Assembly (NCBI GenBank): GCA_002269645.1
Contig: NIVC01002230.1
Location: 89,285 to 153,284, forward strand
Direction of reading: 5' to 3'
Length of the DNA: 64,000 nucleotides
Origin: Macrostomum lignano
Taxonomy: Eukaryota
This document shows, in pieces, positions 1 through 15,434 of the stretch. A model generated the notes under the pieces. It did no database searches and was not told the origin of the DNA. It was given only the letters and a program-made list of their open reading frames with translations. The stretch's first letter is position 1. Every line of letters starts with the position of its first letter. A program made the translations under genes and the position numbers.

Positions 1-167
1 CAGCCTTTGAGTTCGAGTCAAAATACAGCCTGACCTCTCTGAACTTTCAACTTTGAACTTGGCCTTGTGTCTTCTGTCTTTATAAATCATGAAGCAAAGC
101 CGGATCGCGGAAGCATAGTGTAGGGAATGCTGAAGCGTCAAGTTCAGAGGTTTAAAAGGAGCCTGTT

Positions 168-1135
168 GAAGTTTCAGAAACTGTTTAAAGTGTCAGGAGC
201 TGTTTGAAGTGTCAGGAGCTGTTTGAAGTGTCAGGAGCTGTTTGAAGTGTCAGGAGCTGTTTGAAGTGTCAGGAGCTGTTTGAAGTGTCAGGAGCTGTTT
301 GAAGTGTCAGAAGCTGTTTGAAGTGTCAGAAACTGTTTAAAGTGTCAGAAACTGTTTAAAGTGTCAAGAGCTGTTTGAAGTGTCAGGAGCTGTTTAAAGT
401 GTCAGGAGCTGTTTGAAGTGCCAGGAGCTGTTTGAAGTGTCAGGAGCTGTTTAAAGTGTCAGGAGCTGTTTGAAGTGTCAGGAGCTGTTTAAAGTGTCAG
501 GAGCTGTTTAAAGTGTCAGGAGCTGTTTAAAGTGTCAGGAGCTGTTTGAAGTGCCAGGAGCTGTTTGAAGTGTCAGGAGCTGTTTGAAGTGTCAGGAGCT
601 GTTTAAAGTGTCAGGAGCTGTTTAAAGTGTCAGGAGCTGTTTGAAGTGCCAGGAGCTGTTTGAAGTGTCAGGAGCTGTTTGAAGTGTCAGAAGCTGTTAA
701 AAGTGTCAGGAGCTGTTTGAAGTGTCAGGAGCTGTTTGAAGTGTCAGCTGTTTGAAGTGTCAGAAACTGTTTAAAGTGTCAGGAGCTGTTTAAAGTGTCA
801 GGAGCTGTTTAAAGTGTCAGGAGCTGTTTAAAGTGTCAGGAGCTGTTTGAAGTGCCAGGAGCTGTTTAAAGTGTCAGAAATTGTTTAAAGTGTCAGAAAT
901 TGTTTAAAGTGTCAAGAGCTGTTTGAAGTGTCAGGAGCTGTTTAAAGTGTCAGAAATTGTTTAAAGTGTCAGAAATTGTTTAAAGTGTCAAGAGCTGTTT
1001 GAAGTGTCAGGAGCTGTTTGAAGTGTCAGGAGCTGTTTGAAGTGTCAGCTGTTTGAAGTGTCAGAAACTTTTTAAAGTGTCAGGAGCTGTTTAAATTGTC
1101 AGGAACTGTTTGAGGTGTCAGGAGCTGTTTAGTGT
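168..1135. repeat. Minisatellite, 19-bp unit (CTGTTTGAAGTGTCAGGAG), about 50 copies
   Basis: Directly visible tandem array with a 19-bp period and minor variants. Confidence 0.95.
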
Positions 1136-1852
1136 CAAAAAATAGTGCTAGAAACTAGTGTTAGTATCAAAAACAGGTGAAGTAGTCAGGAACAAACAGC
1201 CCTAAACCCACCCAGCTGAAATAATAATACACTGGAAGCAATAAATCATTTCATTAGCGGAAAATAGTTTAGCAGACTAATGCTAAGGAGTCAATCAGCC
1301 AGAGAGGGCTTTGCATCAAACTGTGGATGACAATATTTACTAACGAAAGGGCTAATTGTTGCTAAAAATAGCATTTTGCACAATTTCTCCTGCAATGTTC
1401 TCAATACCCTACTGAATAAGTAGGCTACTAAGGAATGCGAATGAAAGATTTGACAACGCTAAAAGACATAAAAAGCAGAAATTATATCGAAAAATAAGGC
1501 CAAATCCGCTAGAGACATCGCTGAAAAGTGTCGGTGGCACTTTTTATAAATATAAGGCTATCAATTTCCTCTGAAGGCAGCTCATAGGTGCGAAATACAT
1601 GTTATAAACTTATAGGATAAAACCGCATAGTAGTTAGAAGAACACAGAAGATGCAGAAAACCTTTCTAGAAAATCTAAGAAAATAGATTTAAATGTTTAA
1701 TATTAACAAAAGGAATTACGCCGCACAGACAGCTGTCACATTGCTTTTGTACAGGAATTCGCTAATTTACAACGGAAATGTCAAAATCGAGACGCCAATG
1801 TGAATTTTAGATTATAGTTCTAAAACCGTATCTTCTGTTCAACCCTTGTTCA

Positions 1853-2612
1853 ATACTTGTTGATTCCCTGTTGACTCCCTGTTGACTCCCTGTTGATTCC
1901 CTGTTGACTCCCTGTTGACTCCCTGTTGATTCCCTGTTGACTCCCTGTTGATTCCCTGTTGACTCCCTGTTGACTCCCTGTTGACTCCCTGTTGATTCCC
2001 TGTTGACTCCCTGTTGACTCCCTGTTGACTCCCTGTTAACTCCCTGTTGACTCCCTGTTGACTCCCTGTTGACTCCCTGTTGATTCCCTGTTGACTCCCT
2101 GTTGACTCCCTGTTGACTCCCTCTTGATTCCCTGCTGATTTCCTGTTGATTCCCTGTTGATTCCTGTTGATTCCCTGTTAACTCCCTGTTGATTCCCTGC
2201 TGATTTCCTGTTGATTCCCTGTTGACTCCCTCTTGATTCCCTGTTAACTCCCTGTTGATTCCCTGTTGATTTCCTGTTGATTCCCTGTTGACTCCCTGTT
2301 GATTCCCTGTTGACTCCCTCTTGATTCCATGTTGATTCCCTGTTGACTCCCTGTTGACTCCCTCTTGATTCCATGTTGACTCCCTGTTAACTCCCTCTTG
2401 ATTCCATGTTGTAGGCTACTAATTTTCTGTTGATTTCCTGTTGATTTCCTGTTGATTCTTTGTTGACTGTTGATTCCCTGTTAACTCCCTGTTGACTCCC
2501 TGGTAACTCCCTGTTGATTCCTGTTGATTCCCTGTTGATTTCCTGTTGACTCCCTGTTCAGTCCCTGCTCATTCCCTGTTGACTCCCTGTTGACTCCCTG
2601 TTGATTCCCTGT
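1853..2612. repeat. Minisatellite, 11-bp unit (CTGTTGAYTCC)
   Basis: Tandem array downstream of the FoxJ2/3 stop codon; it explains spurious ORF 2036..2374. Confidence 0.95.
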
Positions 2613-2804
2613 TCCGTATCTGATAAATCAGTAGTTGCATTAATAAGCAGTTTGCAATGCATTTGCAGAGAATGAAATATGCACAATATTGCCCAGAACA
2701 GAAGGCACAACAGCAAAATAAATTCAACAAGTTTTTATGCACGGTGAATATAAAAATGAAGTAGCAAAAAAACTGATTCCTACGATTGCAGCTTCTCCAG
2801 GGCT

Positions 2805-5755
<2,951 letters not shown>

Positions 5756-6339
5756 TCTGAAAGGGTCGAGTCTAGATCAGACGCTACTTTAAATTTTAAA
5801 GAAAAATCTATTGTCTTTTATTACTGCATCATTGTTCAACAGTTTCACTGCGAATCTGCTGCGTCAAGTTAAAAATGCTAGATTAGATAATTCGATGTTT
5901 ATAATTATAAAACATTAAAAAGGGCCGTTAAAATACAAGTCAAATATAAAGAACCAAACTAAACATAAATGATTTATTTTAGCTTTCAGCTTACTAGCTT
6001 GTAAAAAAAACTACATCGAAATAAAACCAATGGTACATACATTTTAATATTTTGTTAATGATAGTGTTTGGCTATTAAATATTGTTTTAATGCATCCAAA
6101 CACTGACAAACCCTTTACTTTACACGGCGCCGTCATGCCCTGTAATCGTGAAGTTCATCAATCTGACAGTCTTCCTATTCTCTCTATAATATTAACATAC
6201 ATGTACGTAAACGTGCACATGTAAATGAAATGTTATTTAATAAATTTTGTAAACGTTACTTAATATTTAAATTTTCAGGCACTCAAAGAATCTAGGCTCG
6301 GAAATTTGCCAGTAATAGCTAGATAGGTTATCCACGAGG

Positions 6340-6506
6340 CAGTGGCGTAGCCAGGGGGGCGGGGGGGGGGGCCGCGGCCCTCCCAATCGCCTGGGGGTGG
6401 GGTTGGGCGCGGCGGGTACCCAAAACCATGAGGCAATTGGGAGTGCCTGCGCGCCAAAATGAGTGCCTGCGGCACGTACTCAAAGCTCTCTTTGAGTACG
6501 CCACTG
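6340..6506. mobile_element. hAT-type MITE (167 bp)
   Basis: Terminal inverted repeat (TIR) CAGTGGCGTA...TACGCCACTG with a perfect 8-bp TSD CCACGAGG (6332-6339 and 6507-6514). Confidence 0.85.
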
Positions 6507-7036
6507 CCACGAGGCGCACTCATTGAGAGCTTGGGCGAGGCAGAGCCAAACTAGCAGTTAGGCACACAGAAGGCTGAGACAGTTAAGACAATAGACGAAA
6601 GCAAGTACTGTACACGTATACATGTACTACGAGCTACAATAGAGGCCAACAAGTGGATCAATGCAGCAAACGAAGAATTACATATGTACATGTAAGAAAG
6701 ATTGTACATGTAAGTTCGCCCAGCTCCCCTCCCCATGGATAGCCAGGTAAATTCAACTATAATTTAACTTACGTACATATACTACTGTACGTACATATAC
6801 ATAACCTTTATGTAACGGCAGCTAGCTATTTGTTATGTGTATACATGTACCTGTGTAAGATGGTTTGCTTAGTTGATTGCGTGTGCGCACGTTCACTAGC
6901 TCTTATGTACATTTGCTCGCTGTACAATGATAATATATAAGTGAATGCCTTGGCGCCCTGGGCAGCCAAGAGTCGGTCTACGCCTTAAGCCAATTTCTCA
7001 TTTTCGCTTGTTCTTACATTGGTGGCAGCGGCGGCT

Positions 7037-7879
7037 ATGACTGAAAATGAAGGCAGTGCAGAGAGCCCTACAGTGGCGGTGACTCAGCCCCAAGCTAGTT
7101 TTGTCAACATGTTTTTGCGGCCGCCTCAATACCAGCATGGACAAGACTTTGAACTTTGGCTGGCACGATTCAACAATTTCGCATCATCTCTTCCTGTCGA
7201 TCAGCGCAAGAATGCTCTGCTGTCATTCCTCGACGACAAATCATATCAAGCGGCCAACAATTTGGATGCTTCCCTGTCCTACGACGACTTTGAGAAGGCT
7301 CTGAAAAATCGATTTCGGCCATCAACATCCTCTGCTGAGCTGCAGGCGCGGTTCTTCAATCTGACTCAAAAGGACGGTCAGTCGGTTGCAGACTATTCCG
7401 ATGCCCTGATCGTTGCGGCAAAGTGTGCGTTCCCGAGTCTGATGGAGACGAAAGCAGGTGCCGAGCAGGAGACGTCGGTGACAGCGAAGGACGAGCTTCT
7501 CAAAGGTCGGTTTCTATCCGGATTGAGGGACCCAGCTGTGCGAATGCAGACGCAGATGCAGGCAAAGGCGACATTCGCTGATACAGTTGAAACAGCGCGA
7601 TTCGTGGAATCGATACAGTCGCAAGGAGGCACTGCTACGGCTCTAGCTGCTGAGGTTCCCGAAGCCTTTGCAGTCGGAATTCAACGGTCCCTGAAGGAGC
7701 TGTCCAACAAGCTCAGCCGCTGGGAGTCAAAGGACCAGGATCATCGTCAGAGCGGCGACAGACGCAGAGTTGTGACATGCTGGAAGTGCGGTAAGCCGGG
7801 CCATGTTCAAAGATTTTGCACTCAGAAGTCGGGAAACTTCGATGGAGCGGCGACCGCCGGGGTGCCGTTCCGCAAGTGA
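7037..7879 (+). CDS. gag: Gag with CCHC zinc knuckle
   Basis: ATG lies just after the PBS; motif CWKCGKPGHVQRFC; G GGA AAC slippery heptamer at 7831-7837 in frame. Confidence 0.9.
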   Translation: MTENEGSAESPTVAVTQPQASFVNMFLRPPQYQHGQDFELWLARFNNFASSLPVDQRKNALLSFLDDKSYQAANNLDASLSYDDFEKALKNRFRPSTSSAELQARFFNLTQKDGQSVADYSDALIVAAKCAFPSLMETKAGAEQETSVTAKDELLKGRFLSGLRDPAVRMQTQMQAKATFADTVETARFVESIQSQGGTATALAAEVPEAFAVGIQRSLKELSNKLSRWESKDQDHRQSGDRRRVVTCWKCGKPGHVQRFCTQKSGNFDGAATAGVPFRK

Positions 7880-10800
7880 GAATCCCGGCGCAACCAGTCG
7901 TAGAGGTGTCCTGCTCAGCCACTGGTGCCAACATGCTGGTAAACTGTCGCATCCTGCCAATGTGTGTCCCTGCCAGCTGTCTAGTTGACACTGGGTGTTC
8001 CCAGTCTTTGATGTCAAGTTCCCTGTTTCGCAAGCTGAATGAGAGGCTCCTGCCTTTGACGACTCCGGTGCAGTTGAAGCTGGCAGACGGTAACTATTTG
8101 GCTGCCTGTGGTTGGCAGGAAGTGCAGCTAAGTTTCGGTGTGGCAACGGTTCGACAAAGAGTTTTAGTTGTCGACAATCTGGCCAAGGATTTTTTGCTGG
8201 GTGCAGATTTCCTGGCAAACTGTGGCTGCGTCATCGACTGCAATCGCCAAACGCTCACTGTGTGCGGTCAGCAAGTAAAAATGGAGTCATCGGCAGCAAG
8301 TAGCTGTGTATTCGCCGTTGAGGTAGCAGACAGGACAACCGTGCCCGCTGGTCACGAAATCGTCTTCCCAGCGAGATTGGCAAGTGAGTCAGATGCAGCT
8401 GTTGATGGTGAGTGCGGCATTTTTGAGCCTGACAATTCGAAGGACATCTCCACGGTCATGTGTGGAGCGCGCAGCCTCTCGGTGTTGCGAGGAGGACTCA
8501 TCGCTGTTCACTATGTCAATACGGACACCAAGCCGCATACATTTTACCCCGGAACAAGACTGGGGACTTTTGAGCCGATGTCAGATGGTGCCGATGCAGA
8601 GTTGTCAATGCAAGTTGAGACAGTGAAAGGTCAAATCGCCGAGTATGTACCAAATGTGCACATTGATGAGAAAAATCTTACAGCCAATCAAGTTCAGTGT
8701 GTCAAAGATCTTCTGCATCAGTACCAGGATGTGTTCTCGAAAAGTCCAAACGACCTGGGCTGCACTTCACTCCTTGACCACAAAATTGACACCGGGTCGG
8801 CGAAACCTATCAGAGTGCCTCCTCGTAGATTGTCGCCGCCGAACCAGCGAGCTGTGTCAGAGATGGTCGAGCAGATGGTGAGAGACGACATCGTAGAGCC
8901 TTCGAATTCTCCGTGGTCGAGCCCGGTCATTCTGGTGAAGAAGAAGGACGGCAGTTTGCGCTTCGTGAACGACTTCAGACTGCTCAACTCCGTGACCGTC
9001 AAAGACAGTCATCCACTGCCTCACACCAGCGATCTGATCGATGCTCTCGCAGGATCCACAATGTTCTCAACGCTCGACTTCACTAGCGGGTACACCCAGG
9101 TGATGCTGGACTCAGAGAGTCGCGCAAAAACAGCATTTCCTGCGCCACAAGGATTATTCCAGTACAAGAGACTACCGCAAGGTGTGTGCAATGGTCCTGC
9201 CACGTTTTCAAGGCTGATGGAACTCGTTCTGAAGGGCCTCCGATGGGAAGTGTGCCTGTCATTTCTTGACGACGTTGTCATCTTTTCGAAAGGATTCGAG
9301 GAGCATCTGCGGCGTCTTGAGCTTGTGTTGCAGAAATTCAGAACCGCTAACCTGAAGTTGAAGCTGACCAAGTGCCACTTGTGCTATCAGGAGATCTCAT
9401 TTCTTGGCTTTCGAATCTCAAAAGATGGCGTGACCACTGACCCGGACAAGGTGAAAGCAGTGCAGGAGTGGCCAACGCCCGAAGATCGTTCAGAAGTGCG
9501 ACAATTCCTGGGGTTGTGTGGCTACTATCGTCATTTCGTTAAAAACTACAGTGAGATTGCTGAACCGCTGTACAAGCTAACGCAAAAGGACGTGACCTTC
9601 AGCTGGACTCTCGAATGCTCAGCAGCATTTAATCGCCTAAAGCAGTGCCTTACTTCCAGCCCAGTCCTCATCATGCCGACATTCGCAGAAGACGCTGAGT
9701 TCGTGCTGGATACCGATGCCTCTGGCGTGGCCATCTCCGGAGTTCTTCAAGAGCGCCGTGGTGGCAGGACGCAGGTGGTGGCGTACGGCAGTCGCATTCT
9801 GTCCAAAGCAGAGAGAAATTACTGCACAACGAGGCGTGAGCTGCTGGCAATTGTGCACTTCGTCGGTCACTATCGCAGCTACTTGTTAGGAAAAAGATTC
9901 ACACTACGTACTGATCACGCCTCGCTGATCCATCTTCTGCGCTTTCGAGATCCCGATGGTCAGCTGGCACGGTGGCTGGATAAGCTAAGCGAATTCGACT
10001 ACCAGACGGAGTATCGCAAGGGCGAGAAACATGGAAATGCAGACGCACTTAGTCGGCGACCGTGTCGAAAAGGACCTTGCCTGTGCAGTGGCTCTGCGCT
10101 CGCTGTCGAGTTCAATGACGACAGCGCGATTCGACGAGCACAGGCAGAGGATCGGTGCATGCAGAAGCTGGCGAACTGCTTGCGAGATGGCCAACCACCG
10201 GATAAGGCAGAGACGGACGGCTGGAGCAATCGGCAGCGGCAACTGCTGTCCGAGTTTAAGCGGCTGACACTGGTGAACGGACTGCTGTGCCGCCAATGGG
10301 AATCCGAAGATGGCAGCGCCTTTTGTCAGCAGCTGCTGGTGCCAGAGAGTCTACAGCGCGATGTTTTTGTCGAAGCTCATGCTGGAACGAGCGGCAGCCA
10401 CTGCGGACCGCAGAAGACCATAGAAAAGATCAGGGCGCGACTCTACTGGCCTGGAATGACAGCAGATGTGACTGACTGGTGTGCTGCGTGCCTCGAATGC
10501 GCGACACTGAAAGATTCTGGCCAGCACAGGCGGGCACCTCTACAGAGCATGGCGGTCGCAGCGTTGGCCAGCGACTGGAAATGGACTTCATGGTGGGCCT
10601 GCCGAGGACCGATCGTGGAAATTCAGTCATCCTGGTAGTCATCGACACCTTCAGCAAGTGGACTGAGGCCTTTCCACTGCCGTCTCAAGACGCTGAGACC
10701 ACAGCCCGGACGTTTGTCAACGAGTGGGTGGCTCGCTTTGGAGTCCCGCAGTCGGTGCACACCGACCAGGGTCGGAACTGGGAGTCACAGCTGTTTCAAG

Positions 10801-11720
10801 AGACGATGCGGCTGCTGAAAATCGACAAGACTCGGACGACAGGCTACCACCCTGAAGGAGACGGCGGTTGCGAACGGATGAACCGGACACTGGTGCAGCT
10901 GCTGCGAGCATGGGTGAACGAGAATCAGCGAGACTGGGATCTTCATCTGCAGATTGCACTGATGGGCTACCGCACTTCAGTCCACAAGTCGACTGGTCAG
11001 ACACCTTCGGCGATGCATTTCGGCCGGGAACTGCGACTACCACTGGACTTGGCATACGGAGGTCTGGCGCCGGATAGGCAACGTCCTTGTGAATGGGTGG
11101 CCGAGCTGCGGAGCCGGCTGCAGACATCGCACGAGAGGGCGCGACAAAACTTGGAGGCAGCGCAACTGCACCAGAAGGCAGCGTACGACAGGAGGTGCCA
11201 CGGCGAGGCATTCAGCGAGAACGATCTGGTCTGGCTGCACAATCCGGCGCTGAAGCGAGGCGAGAGCCGAAAATTTCATCGATGGTGGACTGGGCCATGG
11301 CGCGTCAAAAAGCAGATCTCAGACGTCACCTACCGCATTCAGCACGAGGCCAATGCACGACGGCGAAGGGTGGTGCATTTCAATCGCCTGAAGCCATGCA
11401 ACACGGCCAGTCCAGCTGCAGCACCTCAATTGCAACCAGCGGCGCAACTGCACAATCCTGACGAGGACGACCTGAGATTTGACGGCGTCCCAGCCGGCGC
11501 CCCAGCCGGCGCCCAAGCCGGCGACCCAGCCGGCGCCCCAGCCGGCGACCCAGCCGGCGCCCCAGTCGGCGCCCCGGTCGGCGCCCCAGCCGGCACCCCA
11601 ATCGGCGCCCCGGTCGGCGCCCCTGCTGATGTTCCAGAGCATCCAGAACAGCCTGTATTGCGCCGAAGTGAGAGGGCCCGTGCCCCGCCAGAATTTTTTG
11701 GTGAAGTGTATACTCATTGA
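7831..11720 (+). CDS. pol: Pol polyprotein (protease, RT, RNase H, integrase) in the -1 frame; one extra frameshift near 10560
   Basis: LVDTGCS (PR), FLDDVVIFS (RT), LDTDASG and TDH (RH), HHCC zinc finger, then the integrase core and GPW motif in ORF 10479..11720. The C-terminal tail has 12-bp PAGA repeats. Confidence 0.92.
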
Positions 11721-12984
11721 ATGCAGATTTTCTTAGATAGTTTTTTTTAAACATTGGCATTGCTTAAGTTCATTTTAATTTCCACTTTTATTTCCCTCAA
11801 ATATTTATTCGTTCAAATATTCGATCAGAATTCGTCGAACTCATACTCGTAACTTTTTTTAACACAACGAAAAATGCAGAAAGTGAGTGGAACACTTTTT
11901 GAAAGAAGGAGAGCATTGTAAGATGGTTTGCTTAGTTGATTGCGTGTGCGCACGTTCACTAGCTCTTATGTACATTTGCTCGCTGTACAATAATAATATA
12001 TAAGTGAATGCCTTGGCGCCCTGGGCAGCCAAGAGTCGGTCTACGCCTTAAGCCAATTTCTCGTTTTCGCTTGTTCTTACACCTGTATAGTATTATTACA
12101 ACACACTTAACATTGCTCGAATGTCGAAACCATCCATTATTGAATTATAGCCTCTTGGAGTATGCAGGTACATGTAAATTCTGCCGCTAAACTCACACAC
12201 GTATACTGATCCAAACGAAGCTATGTGCAGAACTGAGAGTTCAAAATGTTTTGAATATCCTTAATGTACACAAAACAGCGATTTTTGTTCAAGTTCTGGT
12301 TCGCATGAAATGTAAAGTCTGAAATGAAATGCAAAGACTTACATGTAAATGTACGCTCGTATGCCTCCACACGAGCAAAAGTGTCCAGCAAAATTGGATT
12401 GGATATTGGTCTATTGACCAATAATTGACCATGTTATTGACCACATATATGTAATATAGTACATGTAATTATTACACCAATTCTGATAGATGACTTCGAT
12501 CTACATGTACATAAAGACCTGCGCGCTCCTTCACCACGCGTCACTCGACACCTGCATGTAACACCTATTTTATACGAGTTAGATTGCTCACTGTACATGT
12601 GTCTTTCAAGAGTACTACCTCCTTACATCCTCTAAGAAAATAAAGAATCAATTAGCAAGAAAAATTTGCACCTGGAGGAAAATTAATTGGTTTAGATCGT
12701 AATTAGTTTAATAGCTTAATCTGTTCGTTGTTTTTGACAACGGAGTATATAACTTATGAACAATTGGTACCTTGAATTGTGTGCATAAATTAGCTGATTC
12801 ATTAATAGACCAGCAATTCAGCGCACTTAGAAAGTTTTAGATAACGAGTACTTGCATGCACTAATTTCTAGTAAAGCAAGCTTGAGTTCAAAAAGTTTCG
12901 GAGTTCAAAGTTCGTCCTACGTGTAGAACTGACAGTAAATAAATATTCTTTCTATTACACTTTAACCTTAAAGATGACGTTTTT

Positions 12985-14158
12985 TTAGACCACCTGCAGC
13001 ATCATCCGCATCGCACGGAAGGCCTTGTAGCTTCCAATGCAATACGAGGCCATGTAGGAGGAACCGGGTTGAGTACACACCGTTCGGGTTGATCCTCAAG
13101 CAGCTGCTCCACCAGAAGCCGCCGCACCCATATTTGGTGCTGCAGCTGTAAGAATAAGCGTCGTTGTCCCTGTCGAAGGTGGAGAACTGCTGGCCTCGAT
13201 GGTGAGACAAAAAGTCGCAGTTGATGGTGGAGTTGGCGCTGAGAAAGCTGCCGTAGTTCATCCTGTAGTTCGTACTGGAATTCCCAACGGTGAAGCCGAG
13301 CCACTCGAACGTGTAAAACTCTCCGTCGAAGGTCAGGATCTCGATTCGCAGGTTTCTGGGGCTGGTCATGGTCATATTGTGGATGCTTTCGAGGCCTGAA
13401 ATGAAGGAATAACGATTGACTTGAGCCGCTTTCTTGCCAGCAGTAAAACAAGATATACAAAAAGCAAAAACATTACAAATGCTTGTGTGTTTCATCAGGG
13501 CTTGAACTCTCTCGAGTCCAATTTTAACTCACCAATCCAAAACTCGGTGGCAGTTCCAAAACCGCTGGCAAAATCACTCCAGGTCCTATTGAAGGTAACT
13601 TCTCCAGACTGTCGCTGCTGGAACACCCAGAATGTCCGGCTATCAATCTGCTGCTGGTATCCGGGACTTTTGACCGGAAAGACTGGAATTGGTAGGACGC
13701 ACGGCATAATGGAGGGCATGCGTGCTGTTTAATGGTATTTGGTTTTACGCTCTTATGCATGAAGATAATTGAAAAAAGTAATCAATGGGCATGTTACTAG
13801 CTAGCTGGAAGATCACCAACTGGTTTAATATTAATATAATGTTAATTGTAGTACTAATGAAATAAATGAACATGAGCGGAAACTTACAAACAACCTCTCG
13901 CTTCCGGTATAAAACCACACCTCCGGATCCGGCACAATCGGCTTTGCTGGACAGAACGCAGACTCCGTTGATGAAGCTGAACGACAGCCAGCCGATGGCC
14001 AGAGCGCATTTCATTGCGCATTCGATTTCACCTCGAGCGCTCACCAGGACAGTGGAGCTAGCAGTACAGGTGGACGTCCCGACAACAGCATCGAACTCGG
14101 ATGCTGTGATCGAAGGTAAAAGTTAACATGGCAGTCCCAGAATTACAGCAAAGTACAT
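12985..14158 (-). pseudogene. Secreted PAN-like + fibrinogen-related domain (FReD) gene, apparently disabled
   Basis: Exons 14158-13888, 13724-13533 and 13395-12985 join in frame. FReD motifs WVFQQRQSGEVTFNRTWSDFASGFG...EFWIG and FSTFDRDND...CGGFWWSSC. In-frame TAA at codon 12 (14125-14123) within the signal peptide, and a frameshift near 13070 before the likely native end ...AMRMMLQVV*. Confidence 0.75.
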
Positions 14159-14759
14159 AAATGTATGTGTAGTATAGTAGAAAAATACTTGGCTTGTTCT
14201 CCAAAGAAATCCAAAGAAATTCTCCCCTAGCAATGAAGATTCAAACTGCTTGGCTGACCCTGAGACCCTCAGGACAATTTCTGAATTTAGTCCTGTCTTA
14301 CAACACTCTCATCGTCTTAGTGTTTGTATTGGCCGCCTGCGATGCGAGACGCTCTACAGCAGTCATTGATTGATGTACATGTATCTTGATTATTGATTCC
14401 TCTCTGGTCTATTGGTCCTTGAGGCCTCACGTCAATCGCGTGAGCACTCTTGCAGATCCAGCAAGGCAGGGGTGTAGGGAGGGGGGATGGGGGATAGATC
14501 TCCCGACACCCATGTCGCATTTCTTTATGGCTTAGATAGCCAAGAAATGCACAGAAAAAACGGCTTAGAAAGCCAAATCGAGCAGCTCGGCTGCACTAAA
14601 TGCATGCTTTTTTGGCTTCACATCACATCACATTTAAAATACATCGGATGAAACGCTTATCATCCTTACATTAACCGTCGCAACGACGAGTGCGTATTGG
14701 CGCTTCGTCGCTGCTGGGGGCTTTTCGCCGATACAGAGTCCAGCTGAGAGGAGCAGCTG

Positions 14760-15345
14760 CCGCTGGTGGTCCTATCCTACAGCTCCAGGGGTCCACCCAG
14801 CTCAACCAAGGTGGCACCGCCGACGATGATGACCGGCCGCGACCCGCAGCTCCCGCCGCAGTTCCAGAGCAGCGAGCGGCAGTTCGGCATCAGCATACAT
14901 GCACATGTACTCAGCACTGCTGGAGCGGCGGTTGGCCCATTATTTGCGAGTTCGTCAAAGAGGAACCTGGTAGCCGCCGGGCCGCGCAGCAGCAAAAGGC
15001 GGCTCACGACAAGAAGGCGGCGTACCTGCCGCAGTTCCCGCAAAGCGCCGAGGTGCTGCTCAGCATCGAGCTGCGGCGCTCGAAGCTGGCGCCTACTGCA
15101 TAGGAGCCGGGCTGGACGGTGCTTGAGCAGCGCGGCCACTCAGTGTGCATTCGCCACGCCTTCGGCAGCCGGCCGGTCCGCTGCATGGGTGCATGTGAAC
15201 CGGCTGCACAGGCGGTTAGCAGCTCAGCCCGACACCGAGCAGCTCCGACAGCCGCCCGGTGGCCCACGAGGTCGCGCCGGAGCCCCGCCAGGCCGAGCGG
15301 TGGTACCCGAAGTGGGAGCGACGTCCTCCGGACTTCTTTCAGTGT
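14760..15345 (+). mobile_element. Degenerate integrase C-terminus of an older Gypsy element (continues after 20748)
   Basis: Fragmented motifs MMTGRDPQLP, QQKAAHDK, SKLAP, WVHVNRL. The end ERRPPDFFQ-CEH* is restored by removing the 15346-20748 element. A possible decayed 3' LTR lies around 20914-21118. Confidence 0.65.
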
Positions 15346-15434
15346 TGTGGCGGCCAGACTGGTGCACGGTTGAGAGCGGGGCCCGCCTGTGCACAGGCCC
15401 CTCCCTGCACGCCTGGCTGCTGGGGAGTTTTGCC

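Larger units (their letters stand above)
6854..12081 (+). mobile_element. Full-length young Ty3/Gypsy LTR retrotransposon
   Basis: 165-bp LTRs at 6854-7018 and 11917-12081 (TG...CA, 2 mismatches). 4-bp TSD CCTG. PBS TGGTGGCAGCGG (tRNA-Leu-like) at 7020. Polypurine tract GAAAGAAGGAGAG before the 3' LTR. Domain order gag, PR, RT, RH, IN. Confidence 0.97.

Noticed and set aside
6560-6860. Clustering of TACATGTA palindromes here and near 12400-12600
   Set aside because: Low-complexity motif with no defined boundaries or supportable function.
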